Notes under the pieces: generated by a model
The model's database searches: none
The model's input: the letters and a program-made list of their open reading frames with translations, nothing else
Told to the model about the DNA's origin: nothing
Shown here: in pieces, positions 29,587 to 39,355 of the stretch
Numbering within the stretch: the stretch's first letter is position 1
Layout of the letters: every line of letters begins with the position of its first letter
Virus record (IMG/VR): IMGVR_UViG_3300045921_000730
Location: 1 to 64,000 of that record
Length of the DNA stretch: 64,000 nt
Direction: 5' to 3' (one strand)
Translations under genes and position numbers: made by a program

Positions 29587-29889
29587 TTAAAACTTGAAAT
29601 GATATTTAATTTCTTCAATACATTGATTAACACCATTAATCCATCTGTCTTGTGCTTCGGACACTTGGTTTGAACCGACCGATTCACAACAACCGATACA
29701 CTCTTTAACAATTAAATGTTTCAATTCTTCCATCTTTTGCATTTGACGAATTTGTTCGTCTTGTCGAACAAGATCAGCAAAGCGGAGTATTTTTCGCATT
29801 TCGTCTGCAAATTTATATTCGAGCATCTGAAAGTTTTCGTGAATAATTCCAGATTCTTTTGCTAGGTCAATTAGTTTTGAAAAATCCAT
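29587..29889 (-). CDS. hypothetical protein
   Basis: 100-aa ORF. Confidence 0.55.
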   Translation of the reverse strand: MDFSKLIDLAKESGIIHENFQMLEYKFADEMRKILRFADLVRQDEQIRQMQKMEELKHLIVKECIGCCESVGSNQVSEAQDRWINGVNQCIEEIKYHFKF

Positions 29890-29953
29890 TTAATATACCT
29901 TTTATCGACTGCTGAACCTCTAAACAACAAGCAGTTTCCTTAATGTGAATATT

Positions 29954-30158
29954 ATGAACTACCGCGTAGCTAAAGACAACGCGGTTTCTGAACTCATCGA
30001 CCCAGCTAACATCACCGGCGCCTCCTTCGGTTTTTGTTTAGAGTCCGACTGCGTTCCACAACCAGACATTTTATTTATGACTACAAATTAATTAGATATC
30101 AATAGGCCAATTCATCCACGCGACTGAAGATCACGTGGTTTTCTCAGCCTTAAGTTTG
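29954..30158 (-). mobile_element. mini-element family A copy 1 (protein-free IS200/IS605-TnpB derivative, ~205 bp)
   Basis: TTTAT | CAAACTTAAGG..CCACGTGA-N7-TCGCGTGG (LE hairpin) ... CCGCGT-N11-ACGCGG-TAGTTCAT (RE); near-identical to six other copies. Confidence 0.9.
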
Positions 30159-30186
30159 ATAAATGTACGCATGTGATTAACATTTT

Positions 30187-31350
30187 TTAATTATACTCTG
30201 TACCACCCTTACGAAGAAGATAATCTTCATTTACACTTTTGAGAATTACACGACCAAGCTCGATGTGTGTTCTTTCTTTGACAGGTTTTACAACAACCCC
30301 TTCTCGGACGTGAAGATTTTTTCCAGAAATTGTTTCTTTGCCAGATGTATATTGAAGCATAACTTCTCTCGAGAAAGGTCCGCGATAAATTAACGGAACA
30401 CTATTGATTCCCATTGCCATACATGCTTGAACCATATCATCATAATCATAATATAATTGTTTACCGCGATATCCAACAACCATATCAAAAGCACGAAAAT
30501 CCCTCTTATCAACATTGTAAGATAGATCTTGAACTCCTTTGCCAATCACTTCACCAAGAATAAACGTTGGAGAATCAATAACACCGCCGTCGTTTTTGAT
30601 CATGTTTACAAAACTTTCAAGCTTTTCAAATATTTGAAGTTCGGTAAGTGTCTTGATATAAACGTTGTCTTGATTTTTTATGTTGTCCTTAAAGCAAAGA
30701 CCTTTACTACCGAGTCCTTTACTAAACACAACAAACTTAGTACGAATATGGTTCTCGTTCCAATCTTTGTTTGGAAGGATTCCAATTGCACAAAAAGTTC
30801 CGTGTAGTTTTTCCGTCATTACGACTTCTTCGCCAAGCCGAAGAACGTCAGGAAAGTTTTTAAAATTTTCAATATCATAAGCAATCGTAAGATCTCTACC
30901 AGCATTGTATACTTCACCTGCAAACGTTGCTGGAATCGGAGGTTCCCATTTTACAATACCAAGAACTTCTGCAATGTCGTCTCCTTCCTTTACAGGAATT
31001 TCGCTCCCATCCTCAAGCATTAGATAAAAGTTCATAGATGAGGTGTGTTTTAATGAAAAAATTAACCCTTCACTTAATACCCCGCGAAGACGGATTTCTT
31101 TAACTCTGTTTCCAGTTTTACTAGCAAGTTTGCCTTTGTGGTTCTCGTAATCCCACAGGTTCAACTGTTTTAAAATCCATTCCGGAACAATTGAATTTGG
31201 AGGAATAAAGACAGCAAGATCACCTGCTTTATATTCACCCTTCTTTACGATGGAACGATAATCACCAATCACAGCTAGCTCAATAGCATCAGCATTAGCA
31301 ATTGGTTCAATGTCGCGAATCTTGCATACTTTTACAGAAAAAGTACTCAT
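30187..31350 (-). CDS. RNA ligase (Rnl2-like, DRB0094-type)
   Basis: PIANADAIELA, RLRGVLSEG, TEKLHGT (KxHG), GEVIGKGVQ, FRAFD, REGVVVK. Confidence 0.9.
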   Translation of the reverse strand: MSTFSVKVCKIRDIEPIANADAIELAVIGDYRSIVKKGEYKAGDLAVFIPPNSIVPEWILKQLNLWDYENHKGKLASKTGNRVKEIRLRGVLSEGLIFSLKHTSSMNFYLMLEDGSEIPVKEGDDIAEVLGIVKWEPPIPATFAGEVYNAGRDLTIAYDIENFKNFPDVLRLGEEVVMTEKLHGTFCAIGILPNKDWNENHIRTKFVVFSKGLGSKGLCFKDNIKNQDNVYIKTLTELQIFEKLESFVNMIKNDGGVIDSPTFILGEVIGKGVQDLSYNVDKRDFRAFDMVVGYRGKQLYYDYDDMVQACMAMGINSVPLIYRGPFSREVMLQYTSGKETISGKNLHVREGVVVKPVKERTHIELGRVILKSVNEDYLLRKGGTEYN

Positions 31351-31438
31351 TTATTCACCCCGCTGTGTTGTGTGTATTTGCGATATCTATTAATTAGATC
31401 AATGTCATTATACTTTAAGTATACAAAAAGATCAATAA

Positions 31439-31900
31439 TTAAATTTTATCGCCATAAATCAAACACATGTCCCACATTGGCGTTCGAGGATTCAACGTTT
31501 GTTTTTCGTTGTTTACTCTATGAGGTTCCCATGCATAGTTTGAACTATCAATTGTCCATCTTTGGATTGACATTGCAAATTTGTTCTTGCAATCAATGCG
31601 CCAAAGTTGAGCAAATATTTTACCTGTTCCTTTAATTGGAACAGCAACATAAGGATCTTCGCGAATCCAAACTGAAATTTTCCCGTTTTCAATTTTTAAA
31701 GTTGATTTTTCATATGAAAATTTGTTACTGAATTGGTCTGCTTTAATGAAAACCCATTCGTTATTTCCAAATGAAGGGGGTTCCATTAACAAATCGTCGT
31801 CTGTTTCAGCACCAAATGCAGCATAGCAACCAAAGATTAAAGCAACTATAATGCACACTAAAATAAATTCTTTCCATTGACGTTTGGCATAGTAATCCAT
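31439..31900 (-). CDS. secreted/periplasmic protein
   Basis: Signal/TM segment plus two Cys. Confidence 0.55.
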   Translation of the reverse strand: MDYYAKRQWKEFILVCIIVALIFGCYAAFGAETDDDLLMEPPSFGNNEWVFIKADQFSNKFSYEKSTLKIENGKISVWIREDPYVAVPIKGTGKIFAQLWRIDCKNKFAMSIQRWTIDSSNYAWEPHRVNNEKQTLNPRTPMWDMCLIYGDKI

Positions 31901-32231
31901 TTTTTAGTTCCTTTTCATTATCTGTTATTTAATTCATCCGTTGTTCTTTAATGCAACGCGGATATTTTGCATTAATATGTTTTTTTACGGCTTGCATTGC
32001 TTCCTTACATTGTGCTTCTGTGTCGTATTCAATCATCAAAGTAATGTTTGTTGGTGGCGAAGCAGAAAGTGATTGATTTGGCGAAACGTGAATAAGACCA
32101 TAATAATTTGTATTTAAAATAAAACTAAGAATCCAAATTTCTTTCACAAAAGATGTCTCCTATTAATTGGAAAAATAAATTATTGCCGAAGTAAAATTCG
32201 GCAATTTTCTGTTAAAATCAAAACAGATATG

Positions 32232-32630
32232 TTAATCATTCTCACGAAAATAATCTTCTAGTCGGAGTAAATGTTTAGATCCTGGAGTTGCATACCACCA
32301 TTCTTTTCCATCAAAAAGATATAAAAACATCCAACTTTTTTTATGAGCAAGCAAGTGATCAAGTTCTTTAAAATTTGTTGGTTTTACAATTTCCCAATCT
32401 TCCTTTTCGTCTCGAAAATAAAAAGTACTTTCTTCAATCAGATCTTCTATTGAAGAAGCATCGCCATATGAAATCAAATTACTAATTTTTTCATATGTGT
32501 TGTAGTGTGCATGCAGAGACTTTCCAACTCCTTCAGGATATCCATCATAATGGCAATAGATGGAGGTATATGTTTGATCTGGATTAATTGTTGCTACAAT
32601 AGCATTAGAAGACATTATTTTTCCTTTCAA
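32232..32630 (-). CDS. hypothetical phage protein
   Basis: SIYCHYDGYPEGVG motif, common in phage ORFs. Confidence 0.65.
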   Translation of the reverse strand: MKGKIMSSNAIVATINPDQTYTSIYCHYDGYPEGVGKSLHAHYNTYEKISNLISYGDASSIEDLIEESTFYFRDEKEDWEIVKPTNFKELDHLLAHKKSWMFLYLFDGKEWWYATPGSKHLLRLEDYFREND

Positions 32631-32727
32631 AGAGTGAACTACGATTCATCTGAATCGCCACTCGTCTAAAGAACATGTGGCTTTTTTTGATGGTATTTGT
32701 AAATAATACACTAACTAACAATCAATG

Positions 32728-33249
32728 TCAACAACTAAATCCTTTGCTTAAATCTGTTCCCAGAAGGATTTTGTTTGCAAGAGAACTTCCCACTTTACCC
32801 AAAACAATTAATTGTTCTATGGAGTACATTTTGTGTGTGAAAGCATTTTCAACTACATCTCTTACGTATGAAAACTGTTGATATATCTTAGTATAAACAT
32901 TGGTAGAAGGTTCAATGTCCTTGCCAAGTTCATAAAAAGCATCTTTGCCTATTGAAATAAAGTATGAAGGCGATAAACCAAAGCGTTGTGCTACAAATGG
33001 CGTGAGTGATGAGATAAGTAAACAAGTATCACCCGTGTCTTTAAGGTGTTTATATTTTTCCAGCGTTGTCTCAGATGGAGCATATTTCATTTCAATTACC
33101 GATTTGTTGTATCCAAGAGATGGATCATCAAACTTATCTGCCGTAAGACGAACTACATAACTCTCAACATCTTCATCAAGAGGATGATTAATTTCTTGCT
33201 CGCTTTCTGTAATTAATTTATAACATGCTTGAAAGTAGTATCTGTTCAT
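32728..33249 (-). CDS. hypothetical protein
   Basis: 173-aa ORF. Confidence 0.6.
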   Translation of the reverse strand: MNRYYFQACYKLITESEQEINHPLDEDVESYVVRLTADKFDDPSLGYNKSVIEMKYAPSETTLEKYKHLKDTGDTCLLISSLTPFVAQRFGLSPSYFISIGKDAFYELGKDIEPSTNVYTKIYQQFSYVRDVVENAFTHKMYSIEQLIVLGKVGSSLANKILLGTDLSKGFSC

Positions 33250-33316
33250 TGCATTTACACCTAATAATTCAAGAAAACTTAGTATTATTTATTGTGTTAA
33301 CCCAAGAAGCCAGCAT

Positions 33317-34114
33317 TCACTGCAGCTGCAAAGTTAAGCATTTTGCTCCACCGCCTGATTTTAAAAATTCAGTTAAAGGTACACGAATAACTTCATAATT
33401 TTTATAGTAAAGATGTGTTTCAAGTTGTTCCGACATGTTGTTAACAAAAATCGTATTTTCTACACACACCGCATTGCATGCAAACATCATTGCATCTTGC
33501 TGTGAAACAGCAATTGCTTTGTGTTGTAGAACTGAAGAAATTAAAAGGTTACTTTTTTCATCAAATGCTTCGGGATAATAAAGAACATCACCTCCTGAAA
33601 GAGGGCAAAAGCATGTGTCCAAGTGATAGAATTTAGGATTAATTAATTTTAGTTGGTGTAAATTTGGAAGATGCTGTTGCAAAATATCTGTGGCTTGTTT
33701 TGTGCCTCTAAAACCATAACCATACCAATATTGGTTTTGAGCATCTTTTAAACATTCGCCAGCACCTTCAAATAAGTCTGGAATGTCAATTACATTCCAT
33801 CCATTTTGTTTAAACCATTTCATAAAATATGGTTTTTCTTGTTTTCTTTCTTTATTAGCAAATTCTCCAAATAAAGCCACGTTGTTTTTAATATCACACA
33901 AAGCACCATTTGCTGTAAAAACCATATCAGGCAAATTTTTTATTGGGTCGATCAATTCAACAATTGCATATTTTTTGATAGTATTATAAAAATTTTCCCA
34001 TTGCTCAACAGCCAACTCATGACTTACATTGTGGATGTTCCCTTTCATCCAAGGGTTAATAACATAGTTAACATCGAAGTATTTGGGACGACACATTAAG
34101 AGTTTTGTTTTCAT
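33317..34114 (-). CDS. amidinotransferase / dimethylarginine dimethylaminohydrolase-family protein
   Basis: INPWM, PDMVFTAN, FEGAGE, FYHLDTCF, terminal GGGAKCLT (catalytic Cys). Confidence 0.9.
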   Translation of the reverse strand: MKTKLLMCRPKYFDVNYVINPWMKGNIHNVSHELAVEQWENFYNTIKKYAIVELIDPIKNLPDMVFTANGALCDIKNNVALFGEFANKERKQEKPYFMKWFKQNGWNVIDIPDLFEGAGECLKDAQNQYWYGYGFRGTKQATDILQQHLPNLHQLKLINPKFYHLDTCFCPLSGGDVLYYPEAFDEKSNLLISSVLQHKAIAVSQQDAMMFACNAVCVENTIFVNNMSEQLETHLYYKNYEVIRVPLTEFLKSGGGAKCLTLQLQ

Positions 34115-34169
34115 ACGATTACCTCATGAGTTTGACATCTAATAGTTAATGTGTTTAATTTTTTTGGTA

Positions 34170-34198
34170 AAAAAAGAGGAGACATATGTCTCCTCTTA
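34170..34198. terminator. palindromic terminator-like hairpin
   Basis: AAGAGGAGACAT/ATGTCTCCTCTT with A/T tails. A second palindrome GGCAGGAGAAAT/ATTTCTCCTGCC lies at ~34908-34931. Confidence 0.7.
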
Positions 34199-34268
34199 TT
34201 TAAGACTCTTTAGAAAACTGATGTTGTCTAAAGACTGTTAGTTTTTTGAGTTATTTATACAAAACCTA

Positions 34269-34877
34269 TTAATTGCTTGTCTTTACAGTCTTACCAAAAC
34301 CATCAACAACAGGCTTATTGACTACAACCTTTTGCATTTCGTCGTCACGTAGAGCGCATGGCTGTCCAACACGCTTGTAAGCAGCACGAACAACTTCGTT
34401 TTCACACATAACTTCCTTGGCTGCTGCTGTATCGCCAAACGTACGAAGTTCACGAGCGTTCAGACGGTTAACGCAATCGGTGTCCTTCCAAGTTGTGCCA
34501 GCTGAGAAACCAAAACCAACACCAGCACCGCCAATTGACGTTGAACCCATACACGTTTCAGTTAGAGTTGTTGTTAGGTTTGGAGCAACAACACCCGGTA
34601 CATTCTTGAGCTCATATCCGCCTTGATAACGAACAGTAGTTTCGGCTGGGTTGTTAATTGTTAGAGCTTGGTTGTTGCCTTGCAGCTGACCTTGAACGGT
34701 TGTGTTATTGGTGCTTGAAGAAACACCACTAACAGAAGAATTGCTATTAGCTTGTGTGCCAGAAGCAAAACCAGAATTGTTTTGCGTTTGAGCATAAGCT
34801 GGATTAACACCAGCAACCGTTACAACACCAACTAAAGTTGCTACTGCGCCTGCATAAAAAAGATCTAGAATTTTCAT
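34269..34877 (-). CDS. secreted protein: Ser/Asn/Gln-rich N-terminal part and Cys-containing C-terminal domain
   Basis: Signal peptide ending AYA-Q; 4 Cys. Confidence 0.7.
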   Translation of the reverse strand: MKILDLFYAGAVATLVGVVTVAGVNPAYAQTQNNSGFASGTQANSNSSVSGVSSSTNNTTVQGQLQGNNQALTINNPAETTVRYQGGYELKNVPGVVAPNLTTTLTETCMGSTSIGGAGVGFGFSAGTTWKDTDCVNRLNARELRTFGDTAAAKEVMCENEVVRAAYKRVGQPCALRDDEMQKVVVNKPVVDGFGKTVKTSN

Positions 34878-34949
34878 TTTATTTCTCCTATAAAGTATTT
34901 AACAATGGGCAGGAGAAATATTTCTCCTGCCTTTTACTACAACACAAAA

Positions 34950-35612
34950 TTAGTGACCAATCTTACCCTTAGCAAAGGCACTACCTTGTTGGGTGCCAAC
35001 GCCAAAACCAGATACAATATCACCAGGAGCAGTAGTTACACCCCAGTTGTTAACATGTGAAAACCCGTTGCTCGTTGCGGATGAAGTAGTGGACTTAGAT
35101 GGGGAAAGTGTATTCTTATAGTTGGAGTATGAATTATTCTCAGCTATACCGTAGCTGCCAGACACGGCATTGCCTGTGCCTATTACACCAGCACCACTCC
35201 CGGTGTTAACACCAACAAGAGACGTGTTATCAATTTTGCCACCATAATGTTCACCGTTTGTGTCAGTTACTGTGATTGAACCATTACCGGTTTGTTGACC
35301 AAAAGCACCAGCCCCGCCTTGTCCAATACCATTGGCCCAAGTAGTGGTGCTACCATTTGTATAGGCATATGTTGAACCACTGCCCTCATAATTACCAGCG
35401 TTGGCACTACCACCCACACCGGTTGTGTTCAATGCGGAACCACCGACGGAATGTGTACTGAAATCAACACCAGAACCAGAAATGTTTGATACGGAAAAAG
35501 AGCCTACAGAAACAGTTGCTGATGAAGTTACAGCAGCATTATAAGATGGACCTGTTGCCATTGCGGCACCAGCAAAACCAGAAATTACAACAGCAAGAAT
35601 CGTTTTATTCAT
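34950..35612 (-). CDS. secreted Gly/Ser/Thr/Asn-rich protein
   Basis: Signal peptide ending AMA-T; low-complexity beta-rich composition. Confidence 0.7.
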   Translation of the reverse strand: MNKTILAVVISGFAGAAMATGPSYNAAVTSSATVSVGSFSVSNISGSGVDFSTHSVGGSALNTTGVGGSANAGNYEGSGSTYAYTNGSTTTWANGIGQGGAGAFGQQTGNGSITVTDTNGEHYGGKIDNTSLVGVNTGSGAGVIGTGNAVSGSYGIAENNSYSNYKNTLSPSKSTTSSATSNGFSHVNNWGVTTAPGDIVSGFGVGTQQGSAFAKGKIGH

Positions 35613-35689
35613 ATTTTTTTCCTTTCAAAAAAGTTAAATTACTTATTCGTTCATTACTGAACTTGACAACAACTTACCACAGATCAAAA

Positions 35690-35891
35690 CTGGACTACTG
35701 CTTGTTCTTAAGAAGAAGCAGAGGTCACCTAATGACAACCGTGATTCCTGCTTCATCGTGGCATCTACTTCAGCCACTCCACAGGCGTAGATTCGGCCAG
35801 TCCCCAACCTATATATTTTATTTTTTTGTACTCATTTGTTGCAAAATGGGTTCTTAATTAAAATTATAACAGACTTTCATCCACTTGTCAA
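35690..35891 (-). ncRNA. family B omegaRNA-like cassette with perfect sigma70 promoter (copy 1)
   Basis: TTGACA-N17-TATAAT, then a tnpB-3'-end-like scaffold (GGACTGGCCGAATCTACGCCTGTGGAG...CAGGAATC) and RE hairpin ending TAGTCCAG; homologous to 40355-40551. Confidence 0.7.
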
Positions 35892-35979
35892 CAACAACTT
35901 GTCAATTTTTAATTATTCTTAACAAAAACTTACTTTCTGAGCCGAATTCCTTACAACAGAACTCGTATTTTCACAGACA

Positions 35980-36207
35980 TTAAATCCTTTGAACTACCGC
36001 TTGTCTAAAGAACAAGTAGCTTTCTTTGGTAGTATTTGTAAATTCATTAAGGTCAAAATCTGTTTTTTCAGACACACGAACTCGAACATTGTTCGTTTTA
36101 TTGACAAGATACCCCTGTCGAATTTCTTCAACAGACAAAGAATGTTTTGTAATAAAACGATAATATTTTGATTTTACAAGGAATTTTCGTTCAATTTCTA
36201 CGCCCAT
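35980..36207 (-). pseudogene. truncated CYTH-domain (adenylate cyclase/triphosphatase-like) gene
   Basis: MGVEIERKFLV..IRQGYL..VRVRV, then runs into an RE hairpin (35989-36020) and stops. Confidence 0.7.
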
Positions 36208-36247
36208 ATTGTATTTGTTTTTCTGTGAAAGACGATAAATAGTATAA

Positions 36248-37477
36248 TTATGTCGTTTTATAAAAATCAATAAAACTAACTAAACGCTTCAACGAGGATG
36301 CCTTAGGCATTTCTACCTTTGGTCTTAATTCCTCTCGACGTCTGTAATCGGCTAATTCGTCCGATGTAAATCCATAAAGATCGTCAAGACCTTTAAGTAA
36401 AATGTTCATTGCAGCATTCAAGTCTCGATCATGTAATGAACCACAAGACGGGCAGGTCCATTCTCTTACCGAGAGTTCCATGCTAGCCATCTTGTGACCA
36501 CAACATGAGCAAAGTTTTGAACTCGGATAGAAGGTGTCAATCTGTTGAAATGACCGACCATACCAGTTGCTCTTGTATGCAACCATAGACACAAAGGATG
36601 ACCAAGAAACATCTTGTATGGACTTAGCCAATCTGCGGTTCTTTACCATGCCCTTAACGTTCAGCTTTTCCATGCAAATGGTATCGTAGTTGTTCACTAA
36701 CCAAGTAGATAGATTATGGTAGAACCAGTTTCGTTGATTGGTTATTTTTTGATGGTTTTTAGCAACCTTGATTCTTTGCTTATTCCAACGATTTGACCCT
36801 TTAACCTTACGACTTAAATGCTGCTGTGCTCTTTTAAGTTTAGATTGGCTTTCTCTAAACCACCTTGGGTTTGAAATCTTCAGGCCATTACTCATGACTA
36901 TCAAGTCTTTCAACCCGAGATCAATACCGATAGAGCGACCGGTATTTGGTTTCAATTCTAGCTCTTCTTCAACTAGAACTGAAACAAAATACTGACCAGA
37001 AGGATTTCTTGAAATTGTCACTGATTTAGGGGCGCCATTGAATTTCCGATCAACCACCATCTTCATTGGAGACATTTTCGTGAGTTTGATTGTTCCAGCA
37101 TCTAAATCAAATGCCTTCATTCCACCCAATGATGCAGCAGGGATCCTAAACGAATCACGTGATTTCCCTTTGCATTTGAACTTCATCCGCCCAAGTTTAA
37201 CGGCTCGTTTCTTGTTGAAGAATTGCTTTTTGGTCTCATCAAAGTCCATTCGCCTTTGTTGCAAAGCATAACTGATGACTTCTTTTAGCCAAGGATATCT
37301 AGGATCGTCTTTCAAGGTCTTTTCAGTGACTGTTTGAGTTGGACCATCCTTAGACCAAGAATTAAAGTTGGCTACCAGTTGATTCCAGACGAATCGGACG
37401 CAACCAAAGTTCTGCAACAAGAATTGCTCTTGCTCTTTTGTTGGATACAGTCGGTATTTGTAAGCTCTTAGAATCAT
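36248..37477 (-). CDS. tnpB: TnpB nuclease (IS607-derived element lacking tnpA)
   Basis: LRAYKYRLYPT; RuvC GIDLG / MEKL / HDRDLNAA; Zn ribbon CSCCG..CPSCG. Start trimmed to MILRAYKY. Confidence 0.95.
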   Translation of the reverse strand: MILRAYKYRLYPTKEQEQFLLQNFGCVRFVWNQLVANFNSWSKDGPTQTVTEKTLKDDPRYPWLKEVISYALQQRRMDFDETKKQFFNKKRAVKLGRMKFKCKGKSRDSFRIPAASLGGMKAFDLDAGTIKLTKMSPMKMVVDRKFNGAPKSVTISRNPSGQYFVSVLVEEELELKPNTGRSIGIDLGLKDLIVMSNGLKISNPRWFRESQSKLKRAQQHLSRKVKGSNRWNKQRIKVAKNHQKITNQRNWFYHNLSTWLVNNYDTICMEKLNVKGMVKNRRLAKSIQDVSWSSFVSMVAYKSNWYGRSFQQIDTFYPSSKLCSCCGHKMASMELSVREWTCPSCGSLHDRDLNAAMNILLKGLDDLYGFTSDELADYRRREELRPKVEMPKASSLKRLVSFIDFYKTT

Positions 37478-37681
37478 TGAACCTGTATAAATAAAATCGT
37501 ATGGGACAGCCCAGTCACCTGTAGCTGAGGTTGGAGTTCCTGCTAAGAACTTCCTAACCATACATCTATTTATGCAAAAAGATATTTGGTCATCGCTTCT
37601 ATATAATTTTTACAGGAATTTTATAGTTGTTGATTGAAATGGAAATTTACATACAATATTGATACTTTAAGGAAGACAACG

Positions 37682-37873
37682 ATGAACATCAAACCTGAAA
37701 ACGAAACAGCCACACCAACACTTTCCCTAATCCAAAAATTACTTTCTTGGGTTGATAAGCCTTGGAAAGTTCTTGGGTTAATTATGATTGTTGTAGTTGT
37801 CGTTGGAACATATATTGTGTGGGAAAGCAGAGAAAAATTTGTTGACGCTATAATCGAAGTTATTAAAAATTAA
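37682..37873 (+). CDS. small membrane protein
   Basis: GGAAG RBS, one strong TM segment. Confidence 0.55.
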   Translation: MNIKPENETATPTLSLIQKLLSWVDKPWKVLGLIMIVVVVVGTYIVWESREKFVDAIIEVIKN

Positions 37874-37952
37874 GTTAAAATTTTCAAAAAAAGATGAATT
37901 AAACAAGCACATACAGACAAATTAATACTTCTGTGATTTGTCGTAAGCAGAA

Positions 37953-37985
37953 AAAAAGAGCAGAATTAATTCTGCTCTTTTTTCA
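37953..37985. terminator. bidirectional terminator
   Basis: AAAAAAAGAGCAGAATTAATTCTGCTCTTTTTT between convergent genes. Confidence 0.8.
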
Positions 37986-38264
37986 TTGGGTAAAATAACT
38001 TCAGCTTAGATTAGGGTAGAAGCCTTATAGCCATGGCTCTTCCAAAAAACACGGATCTTACCATTGCGTGCTACTTCTTGATCACGAATTGTAACAATCG
38101 ATTCAGTCTTACGAATCTTTGTTTGACCAAGAACACGAACACGAGCACCTGCCGGAATTGTAATTTGCTTGCCAATATAGTTCTTCATAATTTATTTCTC
38201 CTTATGTCTAATGTGTCATATATATGACACGACAAATTATATTACAGTTACATTTAAAAATCAA

Positions 38265-38471
38265 CTACTCTGGTTTGTACACAAATACAGTTGTACAATA
38301 CACATACCCATTTTCCACCCTTGTGCAGTGGCTAGACATTGGTGTTGAAGTTCCAACAAGATTTTGTGCTGCTTGAATGTTTTGTTGCTTCAAATCTCTA
38401 TCGCTAACTCCAACATCAAATTTACAACCGCTTAGTACCAACGCAATTGAACCCAAAATTAATCTTTTCAT
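38265..38471 (-). CDS. small lipoprotein
   Basis: Lipobox LSG-C. Confidence 0.6.
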   Translation of the reverse strand: MKRLILGSIALVLSGCKFDVGVSDRDLKQQNIQAAQNLVGTSTPMSSHCTRVENGYVYCTTVFVYKPE

Positions 38472-38568
38472 ATAATTACCACATTAAAACCTGATGTTGT
38501 TTAGACATGAGGATGAATTGTGGATTCCTCCTTTCTTCAATATATTCACACAAAAAATACCAACTTCT

Positions 38569-38774
38569 ATGAACTACCACGCAGTTAAAGACGACACGGT
38601 TTCCGAACTTATCGACCCAGCTAACATCACTGGTGCCTCCTTCGGTTTTTGTTTAATGTCCGACTGCGTCCCACAACCAGACATTATCATTTATAATCAT
38701 AAACCAATTAGATACCATTGTGTTGATTCGTCCATATGACTGAAGATCATGTGGTTTTCTCAACCTTAAAGACA
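38569..38774 (-). mobile_element. mini-element family A copy 2 (diverged), nested next to a left-end remnant of another TnpB family (38472-38525)
   Basis: Same architecture, TTTAT on the left and TAGTTCAT on the right. Confidence 0.88.
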
Positions 38775-38803
38775 ATAAAACTTCTATTTTTTTATTAGGG
38801 TTT

Positions 38804-39226
38804 TTATTCCTCTTTAAATTGTTCACAGATAGGATCTAACCACCCGCTTAACGTATCTTTATTCAATGCTAACATGAGCCGTTGTCCTTCATTGAGTGGT
38901 ATCTCGTCTTTAAACAAGTTAAAATAATCTCTGCATAAAATTTCTTGTTTTTCAACATCAAGATCATTTATGTCTACATAGCCATCGTTATCGTTTTCTT
39001 CTTCTCCGCTTTCGTTTATGAGATAACTAACGTAACGTTCTACCCAGAGTGTCGTTAAAGCATGGTCAAGATTAATAATTGCGTCTTTGTATTCTTTGCT
39101 AGTGTTCTTTAATTCTTCTACTTCTTCTAGCTGTTGAACTTGTTGATATGCAAAATAGCTGATAGAAACGGGCACAACAATGAATAGTACGCCAAGAGTC
39201 GTTAAAGCTATTTTACGAATGTTCAT
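38804..39226 (-). CDS. single-pass membrane protein
   Basis: N-terminal TM segment, acidic tail. Confidence 0.6.
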   Translation of the reverse strand: MNIRKIALTTLGVLFIVVPVSISYFAYQQVQQLEEVEELKNTSKEYKDAIINLDHALTTLWVERYVSYLINESGEEENDNDGYVDINDLDVEKQEILCRDYFNLFKDEIPLNEGQRLMLALNKDTLSGWLDPICEQFKEE

Positions 39227-39355
39227 TTTATTACTCCTTTTTCCAGTTACATAATCTATGTATTAAAAAATAGGTATGGGGAATCAATAATCAACGAATA
39301 GGTAATTTAACTTTTTTGTTGTGCCTATAATTTGAATTTATAATGTTTGAACTTG

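Noticed and set aside
37478-37561. 28-aa N-terminal extension of TnpB 36248..37561, and similar extensions of thyA, 19947..21335, 23378..23719 and 55662..56576
   Set aside because: Paralogue or family alignment starts at the downstream Met, and the extensions cross promoters or element ends.
38560-38790. 9-bp direct repeat AACTTCTAT around mini-element copy 2 as a target-site duplication
   Set aside because: It is offset from the boundary defined by the other six copies, which show no duplication; probably chance in AT-rich DNA.
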